A stretch of DNA of 64,000 bases from Klebsormidium nitens (lineage: Eukaryota; Plantae; Klebsormidiophyceae): assembly GCA_000708835.1 (NCBI GenBank), contig DF237420.1, positions 1 through 64,000 on the forward strand, read 5' to 3'. The notes beneath the pieces were generated by a model. That model saw nothing but the letters and a program-made list of their open reading frames with translations, was not told where the DNA came from and ran no database searches. Both the position numbers and the translations under genes were made by a program. Shown in pieces: positions 52,183 through 63,543 of the stretch. Numbering within the stretch: position 1 is the first letter of the stretch; every line of letters starts with the position of its first letter.

Positions 52183-54007
52183 ATTAACATAAAGATAACA
52201 TCAAGTAGCTTGTGAAAACCACAACGTAGCTTTTGCTGCATAAATAGTTGGCCCAGAGTCTCCGCTACTAGTGTCAAACGTCGAGATCGTTGTGGAACAA
52301 AAAGCAGTACGCATGTGATTGGCTCTCTCGTAGGATTTGAAAGCGTCACCTAATCAATTACAGAAGCGTCAGGCCCTTTTGTGGGTTGTTTTGACAGGTC
52401 TGTCCATTCGTACGTGGTTTATCTCTTGCATTTCCCGCAGACGTGCTGGCGCGAAGCAATACTTGGAGGCAAATACACTCTCCAGGATCCATTTGCATTC
52501 AGCCCAAGCAAGCACTCCGACTTCAGGATTTTCAGCTCAGCTTGGCTCCTTCACTGCATGTTAGTGCAGTTTCGCTTCTTCTGTCGAGTTGCTTGTACAG
52601 CGGCGGCTCTCTGGCAGTGACACTCACATGCATAACCATGTTCACGTCAACCGCCTGCCGTGACATGGTTTATCGCGGGACTACGTCAAACGTTCCAGAC
52701 CAACTCCGCACACGGCGCATGAGAGCCGGCTCGAACAAATTCACATACCGCCGCGAGGCATTTGCGAGGGGCTCAAATGGGCTGGTAACTGAACGCACTT
52801 GCTGCAATCATAATACAATATTGCCGAAAACGCATTTGATCATTTGAGATATGAGATTGCAAGTCAGTCTCTGAGTCAGTGGCAGCTGGTGGCGCCCAGT
52901 ATGCAGTGAGGGGCCCACCCGGCGCCATTTTAACCTTTGTATGGCCGATACAGCCGCGCAGTGACACAATCGCGAATCAAGCTGAGCACCAACGAAAGGG
53001 GCGGCTAGTCGACCTGCCCGGCCACATCATAAGGCCGTTGCCCGGGCCGCGGCCAAGCACACTAACAAGTGTGTGACACTGACTGATATTAAGTACGAGT
53101 GACTCTATCAACGGCCGCCGTACAGTTGTCGGCATACTTTAATCGTACAACAATTCATGTCAAATCATTTCAATGCTACTGCATGGCTGTCGGACAGTGA
53201 GCTAGAGGCCCCGCCTGCAGTGATGAGTGACCGTCATGGGAACCAGACGGGACTCGTGACTTAAAATTACGCTTCCCAATGTTTATCAATGTTACACAGA
53301 CGATGTGACATACAGTGATCGGACTGTTTGAGACAAAGTAGATAAGTATTATTTTTGAATGCCAATCTAAGCACATCGGGTCGTGCTTAGAGAATGATAT
53401 CTTGTTCAACTGCCTGATCGAAAGCTTAGTGAGTTTGCGTCCTCCACTGACAAACGCTGGGCTGAATCACACTGACTACTTATTGACGGCCGTCGGCCTA
53501 CGAGTTGATACGGTACGAGGAGGCTTGCAACTGGAGTTTCTTGCGCCATCTTGCCAAGCTGATCAGGGTCCATTGTGTCTCTTTATATGTTCGGTTGTGG
53601 ACTGCACCTTCAGTCTCCACTTACGAAATTAATAGATGAGCACCACTAAAATGGACTCGTCCCGTCATATCAGTGCTAGGTGTGCCCAAATGTTACACGA
53701 CAACGGCTATACACTATACAACCCTTGACAATCTTTGCAGGCAAGTGCTTCTTGATTCAGAAATCCACTCTTTCTCAAACCGGGGTACTTTAGACCCAGA
53801 ACGACCGACATCAGTCGCACTTTCCCTTTTCCTCCCGTCAATCAAGAGACACAACGCGTAGACGGTAACTAAATCGATCAAACCCACGTTGGCCTCCCCC
53901 ACTGTCTGTCGAAAACATCCCTCAACCAGATACGTATCAGATGAGCATGGATATAGAAGCTCTCTAACCCAGCACGCTTACCGAAAAACCCGCGCGAAGT
54001 TCAGTTC

Positions 54008-57000
54008 TCACAGAAGCGCCACCTCGCGGTTGAACACCCAGCTGAACTTGCCCACACGTGCGGGGGATCCTTTCTTCGCCCTGCCGAGCGTTCTTTCCGC
54101 GAGGCGACGGACGCGGTCGGGCAGTTTGCAGAGGTACTGCTGCGCGGCTTCGGCCTCGGGGCTCAAACCCCTTCGCTCGCGCACCTTCCAGTAGCGCACC
54201 AGATGCTCGACGATGTCGGCGTAGTTGAAGGAGGTGTAGACGCCGCACCGCTGGGCGACCTGGAAGGGTAAGGGAAACGGGTTACGGGTTAACCCCGCTG
54301 CCTGGCCATTCAAGGCTGTTAGAATGGGTTACAATTCGTTGAGCTTAACCTCTTTTGCTCGCGCACCTTCCAGTAGCGCACCAGATGCTCGACGATGTCA
54401 GCGTAGTCGAAGGAAGTGTAGACGCCGCACCGCTGGGCGACCTGAAGGTTATGGAACGGGTTAAGGTTCAACCCCGCTGCCTGAAACGGTGATAGGAATC
54501 CGTTACGATTCGCTCTGCTTGACCCGGCTGTTGGCGCACTCTTCTTCTAGCCCTACCGACGCTGAAATGTGGTGGAGACACCGCACCGCTGGAACAATAA
54601 GAGAACCGGGTTACGATTTGCTCAGCTTAATCCCGCTGCTTGGGCGAACTCGAGGGGTACTAGAATTGGGTTGAGACTGGCTCGGCTGAACCCCACGGTT
54701 CTTACGCTCTTCGTGTATCCCAGATGCTATCCAATGTCTGCTTACCGACACTTTGAACGGTGCACTCGAGAAGCGTCTCCTGACAGACCCACTTCGTCGA
54801 GGTCCGAAAACAAGGGACTCTTGCCGTGCTTTGCGTATCAGATCAGGACACGAACAGGTAAAACGGAGGGCAGAAACGAGAGCTTCGTAAGAGCCCCACT
54901 CCGCAGATGTCCTGAAAACTCGTGCAGCTCTCGCAGTTCTCATTGTCCACTGCGAGAACACGCAAAACAGTACGTAGGCGGGAAATCTGCATCGTCTCAA
55001 TAAAGCACATTTGTGCAAAGCCATGCGCAACAACGAGCTGCCAGAGACAGTCTTGGGAGCCGTGAGGCCTTACACGCTTCGAGCCGACGCCAGCACTACG
55101 GCCTCCGGACGCTTTACCGATTCTCCATCCTAGGAGATCTGCGCGTTGACGCCAGCAGAGCTTCTCAACAAAACGACTGTGCACTACGTCTTTACAAACC
55201 GCACCACCTCGGACTGTTCTTGATTTATTTTTGGGGGGTAGGTAATCCTTTTTTTTTCCGGTGGAGACGCGCGGACTCAAAGCGGGAGCATCATGCGGGA
55301 ACAGTCCACGAACAGTCCACGAACAGCGTTGGACTCTCCCCGTCCTTACCGTCCAGCTTTCGGGGCACGGGTGACTCTGGGACTTAAAGGCGTGTGACTT
55401 AAAGCGTGTTACTTAAGATAGGTGCCCAGGAGACGGGTGGGGTTGGCAGGGTGGTTAGCCTGGGTTCGCGTGCGGAGCGCGTGCTATAGTTGTGTTAGGG
55501 GTTCAGTTTACGTGTCCGGGTAAAATGAATGTTAGGTCACATGCCAAGGTAAGGCGAGAGTTATCAGTATGCACGGGTGGGGTTAGGCAAAGGCTTATGG
55601 TGGTGCGGGTGCGGAGAGCGTAGAATTTTGGTTTAGCCCTTCATCTAGGTCAAGGGCTTCTAGTTCAGAGGGCTTATTGACGACCGAAGCGAGAAGTAGA
55701 AGATACTCATGAGCGCCCACCTCGGAGTAGTCCATGAACAGAGTCGGGCTCTCGCCGTCCTGCATCATGTGAGCAGGCATCACCATCTGCTTCTTCATCA
55801 TGTCGGCGAAGGCCAGGATCGTGCCGTCCGGATCCAGGTCCATCAGTTTCGTGACGATACTGCAGACAGGTAGGGGATCTCTTTGTCGCATCTGTCAGGT
55901 CAATGATTTTCGTACTTGCAGCAGATTTGCCGACTGGGAAATAGCTCTCGACGTTCGTGGTGTGAGATTTCCGTTACGCCCTCCCGCTTGAAGAAAAAAC
56001 TTCCGCCAGGTTGAAGTAACGTTGAACTACGTCGACCTCCTGCGAGGCAAGCTCGCGGACAGCTTGGTTAGGTTGAGACGGCATCGTAACCAGAAGCTTT
56101 TTTGATAGGCTGGAGTACCGCCGAACGGTTAGGAACCAGTCATTCCAATTGTAACAGTATGCAATGGCGTTGACTCGAACCCAAGGGTCTGCTTTACTGT
56201 GTCGGGAAAGAGCGACTTCTGACTTCTATCTGTCACATTCCTAAGAAGCTAGTCATGACTGCGGCAACCTTTACCTTAAGGGGAATAAGGAGAGTCGGTA
56301 CTTCACCAGGCTACAGTAATCTGGCCTTCTTGTGAAAAAGGATAATCCTACTCTGGGATTCTCTAGGTCTTCCGACCTTCCCTCCTCAAGCCGTTAAACC
56401 TAGCTTTTTGGTGATCGAACAAGGAATAGCCAGAGTGACATCACTAGAAGAGAACCAATAGGCGTTATGCTTTTTGGGAAAACAACCCAAGGCTTGTTCG
56501 TGCTCCCTCCGGAACGTCTTCGAACAAAAATACACTGAAAGGAGATCGGAAGGTGAAGATAAGTACCTGCCATACGCTATCTCGTGCCGCTTCTCGTCGC
56601 CGGCGACCACGCCGCAGATCTTGGCCAGCCGATGGTCGCCAAGCTCCTGCGCGCGCGCAGCCATGACGCGGTGCGAGAGAAACGTCGCACGCTCCACGAA
56701 GGTTGCGTAGACGAAGCCCAAGTAGGGATTGTTCTCCGTCTTGGGGTCCTGGAAATAAAGGTGGAACGACGAAATTTGCAGAACTGATCGTAGAAGCAAG
56801 ATTGAAAGCGTCACGAAGGCGTCCAAGTAATGCTTAGTCCCCGTCTTGAGGTGACTGCGAATGGGTGCACAACTCTGATTGCAAGAGGGAGAATCGTATC
56901 CGTAACGGAAGTTCCTTAGGATCTTCTGTATGCGGACCTGTCGATCTGCATCGCGTGAAAAAAATCAACGGCATGTGTGTCTCTTGGGCCGAGGAGAGGG

Positions 57001-60000
57001 TTTCGTCGCCCCAATTTATGGCAGCGCCCCTAAGATCTCTCCTCAAGGTCTTTCTTGGGCAGCAAAGACTTTTCCCCTCCCGCAGAGATGACGAGGAGGT
57101 TACTGAAGGGCGAAGCCTCAAGAGCGCTTCAAGTCAAGCAAGATTCTCAGATCAACGGCTACATCTCCGTTCCTGACGTCACTTGGATGGACGGCCACGC
57201 CATCATGCCGGTAGGTACCAAAGCCTGGGGCCGAACGTCATCTGGTACATACCTGCCTGACCTGGGGCCGACTCGAGCCGCGCCGACGGAGCGCGAGTTC
57301 CTCAAAGGCTGCCAATCTAGTGATTGTTGGGAGGACTCGTCGTTGTATCGAAACACGAATCCAAGATTCAGGTGCAAAGCGGCTGCAAGTCAGGGCTCAC
57401 CATTCCGGAGTTGACGAGGTACTGCGACGTCTTTTCAAGCGCGTGCATGTTGACTTGACCGCTCAGGTAAAGGTATTGGTGAAGCACTTTGCCGTGGCGG
57501 CTCTCTTCTCCGGTCCAGGCGCGGGTCCATCTGCAAACGGAACGCCATGGCCTATCAGCGGAAACAGAACGGAAGATGCTGTGACCGGAATTGGAGCGGC
57601 CGGCAGCCAACAAGGACGGTAACGGAACGGGAGAGAAACCGAGCGGAAGTCACCATAAGCGGAGATAGAGCGGAAGCCACAATTGACGGAAACAGCGCCG
57701 ACGGAAAGAGAGCGGAAACTATTGTGAACAAGAAGAGAGCCGGAGCCACAAGAAAAGAAAGCGAAGACCATGAGCGGATTCAAGACGGAAGCCACGATGA
57801 TTGGAAACAGAGCAGAGATACAGCGGGAAGGTCTGCAACGGAAGCAGAAGGAAGCCATCCATATATACGAAGTGGAGGCCACTAGGGAACGGAAAGAGAC
57901 CGGAACCGCCATGATTGAAACCACAGCGGAGACGCTAGTTTCATCGATAACGGAGCCGAAGCGGCATAATGGACAGAAGCAGAGCGAAGGGGCCATTGTG
58001 AACGGAAATGAAGTGAGAGTTGCTGTGAATGGAAGCAGCGCGGAAGCCACAGCGATTGGGAACAGAGCGGAAAAGGCTGCGGACGGAAAATAGAGCGGAA
58101 GCCACCCTGTCGGAACGAATCCGGAAGCTACTAGGAAGGATGCAGAGCGGACGGGCGAGATTTGGCAAGCTGGAATCGGTCCAGATAAGTTCCTGTATGG
58201 GGGCCTCGTCATCTGCCCGGTTTCATCCCCTTAGGCTAACGGCAGCTTGGCGTGCTAGATGTCAAAGATTTAAACAGTCCACAATCGTTGGTTTACAGGC
58301 AACATGTCTCTCCGAACGTCTGATTCTCATCATCTGAAGGTTTTCCTACAGCAGAAGTATGCAGAAACATGGAACGGGACAAAAGAAAAGGGTCAAAGTC
58401 GAGGCGGCTGTTCTTCAACCTCACCTGGCCCAGGGGGTCATATTCGCCCCGGTACTGACCCCCAAGCAAGCTAGCCTGCTGGCATCTAGGCATACTCGCA
58501 TTCATATTCTCTCAACAAGAATTCTAACATCCTGAGAAACCACCAAAAGATCGACAACCTCGCAGCTGACACTCTCGGCACTCTCACCTGGCCCAGGGGG
58601 TCATATCCGCCCCTGAATCGTCCCGGGTGCCGTCGAGCGTGTTGAGCATGATGGAGGAATTAGGGAGGCCTTCTTCGGACACCGTGTTCCCCGCCAGGCA
58701 CACCCAAAAGTCGTCCGGAAGTTCTGCGGACCGCGTGCGTAGGTCCGTCACTTGCTGGACGAAGTCCTCCGCCGAGGAGCTCGGAAGCAGGTCCTGCCAT
58801 AGGAGATGAGTGGTGAGCATCAGAAGCGATGAGGAACAATGATTCACGAAACGTGTTTCAAGGATGATCAACAAAGTCCTCAGCTGACGAGATTGGAAGA
58901 AGACCCTGGCGTAAGGATGCAGATGAGCAACGTTTTACTTAAGGTTTGCTATTGCGCATGAGGGCCCCTCGATTGCTAGACAAAGTCCTCCGCCGAGGAG
59001 CTCGGAAGCAGGTCCTGCATTAGGAGATGAGTGGTGAGCATCATAAGCGATGAGAAACAATTGGATTAGAGGTTCACGGAACGTGTTTTGAAGGACCGTC
59101 AGGTGATCAACAAAGTCCTCTGCTGAGGAGCTTGACAATAGGTCCTGGCGTAAGGGAGGCAGAATGGAGTGAGATGAGCACCGGCTTCTTGAGGTTTGCG
59201 CACTGTGCGCGCAGGTTTGTCGTGTGCTGGACAAAGATCTCCACCGAAGGAGTTCGGAAGCAGGTCTTGCCATAAGAGATAAGTAGTGCGAATAAGGAGA
59301 CGAGGACCGACGGCTTGTTCAAGGTCTACTTGAGTACTCGCTAAGATACTGGACGAAGTCGTCAATGGAGAACTTCAAAAGCTGGTTCTGCGGTCAGGAG
59401 ATAAACGGATCTGGAGCCACAAAGACGAGCGTGTTAAAAGAAACGTGAACAAACCAAGCGTCATCAGGACAAGAAGGATTGAAAGGACGTGTCCAATTTT
59501 GGCATGACACGGATTGAATCGCCGCTGTCAGCCTTATTGGCAGCTGCTACTCGCTCCTAAGACTCTATGCATAGTGAAACACGGACTTAGAGCACAGAGT
59601 CACGACGTGATTTTGAAGCGTCCCTTCAAAAGAGTTGAAATTAAGATAGTTTTTCTGGTTTCACCACTCCTTGCAGTCTGACGAAACTCTTTGTGCGTCG
59701 AGTCTGCCAAGAAAGCAAGGTAAAAGGGTCTACCAAGACGAGTTGTTCCAAAAATGAGATCCACTCTTGGACAAAGGTAGCAAGCTGACCCGATCCTCGA
59801 GAAGATCACAATAAGCCGAGATAATAATGAGTTAACCGCAATGAAGACGGGGTGGGGGTAGTTTGGTGGTTAGGGTGGGTATGGGTGCGGAGCATGCATG
59901 TTTCCGGGTTAGGGTTCCAGTGTTAATCGGAGCTTATATTTTCTTGGCTTATTATCAGCTTTCTCGAGTTTTATTGATCCAACCTCACCGAAGGCTGCCA

Positions 60001-61172
60001 GTTGAACTCAACCCGGTGCTCGTATCTTCCCAGCAATTCCTCCTCCACCCAACAGTCCATTGACCGAATGACCTCCATTTGCTTGGCGGTCGTCGTGTGT
60101 GCAGGAGACGCGGCTTTAGGGGGCCGCTTCAGGCTGGGAGTACCGCTGGTACTAGCAGGATCGCTTTCTTGCTTGGGGCTGATCTCCCTGCAAAGAGACG
60201 GGGAGCCTAGTCACCTTCTGCTGAGGCTTTCTCTGCTCCAATCGACTCCGACGTTTGTTCCCGACTGTTTCCTTCTGGCAGTGGGGCGTTACAAGCTGGG
60301 AGCGTTGCTGGCGGAAATTCCTCAAATTGTCTCCCTGCAGATAGACGGAGGTCTTTAAACTTGACCAGGATTGAGATTGACATGGCTCCAGATTGACCCC
60401 GGATTTCTGATCAGGCGTGACTGTTTCCTTCTTTGTGGGCATTCTTCCCTGTCGGCAAAGAAGCAGAGCTTAGTGAGCTTTTCAGCTGAGGCTTTCCGGA
60501 CTCTGGTTTAACCCAACGCCTTTTCCATGCCCAACGTCTCCTTCTTGTGGTGCACGCTGGCAGAGTCGCTTTCTTATCTGGGACTGACCTCCCTGCAAAT
60601 AATAGGACTGCTCAGTAAGCTTCGACTCGAGCTTTCTACGCTCTATAACGCTCCTTGACGCTCCGCTTGACAACAGATCTCGCCTCTCACTCACCAGAAG
60701 TGCATTACGACATGCCCACCGGACCCCTGACTTTGCACTCCACCTTTCAAAGGAGGAACAATCCAACCCAATGAAAGCAGTCCACCTCCAAAGAAGATCA
60801 GGACCTATCCCTTGGCCATCATTTGCACGTTGCTTTTAAGTCACACCCAAAGCAGCGCTGAGCTTCCCCAGTAGATATCATCTGAGAGATGACTAGAGAT
60901 TTAGTATCCCAGCTCAGAGATTCAGAACCCAACTAATGTTCTCATGCAAGGAGCCCAAAAAGAAGGAAACTATCGACGCACCGGGCAGGGGCTGTTATCG
61001 CAGTCACCGTAGCAGAGACATGCGGGCGGTGTCTCGTTCGCAGTGGGGCTGCCTGACAACCAGCGCCGGATGGAACCTTTCTGGAGCAGAAGACAAGATC
61101 CGCTGACTGAGCCGCAAGCTGCAGCAGGGTCCTTGGCAGGTGTGCTCGGCACGCACTCGTAGCTGACTCCAT
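54008..61172 (-). CDS. SAD: Divergent soluble acyl-ACP desaturase, copy 2; 7 coding exons, 432 aa
   Basis: Exons (minus) 61172-60982, 60187-59989, 58793-58588, 57530-57401, 56748-56567, 55859-55721, 54259-54008 total 1299 nt with matching phases. Motifs are [48 protein letters not shown] and FSWVFNREV. Exon 1 is transit-peptide-like ([11 protein letters not shown]...HVSATVTA). Confidence 0.88.
54350..54441 (-). pseudogene. Near-perfect 92-nt duplicate of the 5' part of the SAD2 last exon, with its own AG acceptor
   Basis: It translates [30 protein letters not shown], versus [30 protein letters not shown] in the full exon at 54259-54008. Confidence 0.8.
57540..58130. repeat. Degenerate tandem/low-complexity array of (aga)gcggaagcc-type units inside SAD2 intron 3
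   Basis: gagcggaagcc, gcggaaac and acggaagc recur about every 30-60 nt. The array produces the spurious 249-aa low-complexity ORF 57463-58212. Confidence 0.6.
58860..59290 (-). repeat. Four decayed copies of the SAD2 exon 3 acceptor plus exon start
   Basis: caaagtcctc..c.ga.gag..cggaagcaggtcct-like units occur at about 58872, 58981, 59111 and 59232, versus the true exon boundary at 58793. Confidence 0.8.
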
Positions 61173-63197
61173 AGTGGGTGTGAATAGGCTCCCTTGCTAA
61201 TTGGGAATGGCAGGTTTTACTGCTCGGGAAGGTTTTAACACCGAGATCTTTGGGGGTGGGGCTCAGCAGCAATCCCAACTATCTCTAAGCAAATCTTCCA
61301 ACGGTTATTGTGAACCTATGAATTGCTTTGGAACCAGCTCAGATTAGGGGGATCCCCGCAGCACGAACCTGCAAAAAAGGGCGTTGTTTCAAGTTCTGAA
61401 TTCCATTTCAAGCTGAATCGCATTCATCACTCAAGTGCCTCTTAGGCTGCCGGCTCATTATGTTGAGGGAAATCGGTGCAAAGTCAGCTGAAAAAAGGTG
61501 CAAGGACCGGCCGTATTTGAGCCACTGCCATATATCCTTGATGTTGAGAAATCAGAACGCGTATCAATGTACGAAGATTGTCAGGTGTTGGGGCAATCAG
61601 GCTTTGAATCTGGAGCAAAAATGCCGGAATCAACTTGTATTCAGAAAGTTGCCTAGCTCCGGCCAATTTGGAGAAGACATCTTCTTTCACACCATAGCTG
61701 CCTGCATAGGCCACCTGCTTTTGTTCCAAAAGCAAAATTTCTGAGAGCACCTGAACAACGCTGTGATCGCTCGTCGATTGGTTTTTATTTGGTGTGCAGC
61801 TCTCATGCAAGAGAACCCAGATAGCCTAGCAAACCTGCATTGGAACATCCTCCGGGCTTGTCAATTCACCACAAAATCAGCATTGATTGGTTGATATCAA
61901 AATAACTGACCTCACTTCTTGCAACATCAACATAGCAATTCCAGTATATTGGTGGGGTGCATTTTTCTTTGTTCTCTCAAGACTTTCTGAAAAGGGAGTG
62001 TAGCAGCGCACGCAAAGTGTCAGCCCAGAGGATGAGGGCCTGAGACACCTCACCACTTTGGCAGGAACTCTTGCTCGGTGCCGTCAATATCCAACCTCGC
62101 TGGTCCAATGGGTGGTTGGCTGCAAAACCAATGCGGCACATACCTACAGCTGTGCAGAGGTTATTCCAATGTGTTACAAGTCAATAGCTCTGTTTCACGT
62201 TCTCTTTGTCCGGAAATGGCTGTTTCTTGCGAGAGTCTGATCATAAATGGCTGGAGAGGGCTTGAGAAAGCGGCAGTTGCGGCCAAACCCTGGAAAATGG
62301 AGGTATTGAAAGACCATCCGCCAGTGATGCATCATGGGGGCAGGAATCAGGATGCATAGAAAGAAAATCTTCCGAGCTGGTACGTACTCCAGCAGTGGAA
62401 TGCGCGAAACCCGTGTACCGGTCGGTACGTATTTGCCCTGTATTCGATGGGTTTAGCGATTGGGGTTTGCGTAAACGGAGATGGACATCCATAGCTTATG
62501 TCGGAGGATCGAGTACCCGGCCTCGAATATTGACAGCCAGAACCGGGAAGAACATATAGCGTATGGATCAGGGTCTGCCCCTGCATGTTGACATCACCAT
62601 TGACGGACTGAACGGCCCAAGCGGTACCTAGTTCAATCATCAATGACATAGGTAGGTACGGCGGAACATCCAATCAATTTGCAGACGCAGACGCAGAACT
62701 CTATGACGTACGGTACCTATTTATTCGTGATGTGATTGGTCGTATGTTTGGCCGAGGCGCCTTTCGGCCGCGGAACCATGGCCCATGGCGTCAGCAGACT
62801 CACAGCACTGACGACGTTCGCTTGTGATTGCACAATGCATCCAGTCACCAATGTGAAAGCGCCGGCCTATACTGCTGCGGCGCAACTTAAATACTGCAAG
62901 CGGACCAGCTGCAGGAAGGTTGATTTCTTTGCCGCCTCATAATACCTAAGTTGATAGTCACTCACGCTGAGGCGGACAGCTGGAAAGCAACCTTCCGATT
63001 TGATCAACTTGCGAGGAATAGGACTCAAGTTTCTACACCTTACTTGGTCTCGTGCAAGACGCAGCATCCTGGGTGTCCTGTTTCTGATCATATTGCAACA
63101 GTGCAATATCTTGATACCGGTGTCGTTTATCTTCGCCGCTCTTTCCCCTGAAGCTCAGCATTGGTCCAATCAAATCGGTGCACCGGGCAAACCCCAA

Positions 63198-63543
63198 ATG
63201 GATCAGGCTACGATGTCGATGCGCTTCCCTCACAGCTTGTCGCGCTACGATCTTCTTCACAGCTCCTCATGGAGCCCTACAGCAGACCAAGTTATCTCAG
63301 CCATCCGCTCCCATTGGCTGAGCTTCTCCTTTCTCGCCACTCTAGTTGCGCTGCTTCTCCATGCGTATCTCACCTTCTTTCACCGTCCGCTGCGCCTGAT
63401 CAGACACTTTCAGAAGCAGGGGATACGGGGACCACCCTTTCGGCCAATATTGGGGCACATGCCGGAAGTGCTGGCTGGAATCAAAGAGACGGCGCAGACG
63501 GGGGTGGTGTTTCCCAACCTGCTCAAGTGGCGGGAGATGTATG
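63198..63543 (+). CDS. Cytochrome P450, CYP72-clan-like; first coding exon only, gene continues beyond the window
   Basis: An N-terminal membrane anchor (WLSFSFLATLVALLLHAYLTFF) is followed by a basic cluster, then QGIRGPPFRPILGH (the CYP72-clan-type QGIxGP hinge) and LLKWREMY-G with a gtgagt donor at 63544. The start codon is uncertain (63198 or 63213). Heme motifs are not inside the window. Confidence 0.7.

Noticed and set aside
57463-58212. 249-aa ORF on the minus strand
   Set aside because: It is a low-complexity translation of the gcggaagcc repeat array lying inside SAD2 intron 3.
58860-59290. Regularly spaced repeats resembling a CRISPR array (also 5390-6000 and 19040-19470)
   Set aside because: The locus is eukaryotic, the units are degenerate copies of adjacent exon junctions, the spacers are not unique, and there are no cas genes.
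15059-63197. A shared cluster-specific promoter motif across the four divergent regions
   Set aside because: Only generic CCAAT-like boxes were visible by eye, and a motif search is needed before claiming one.
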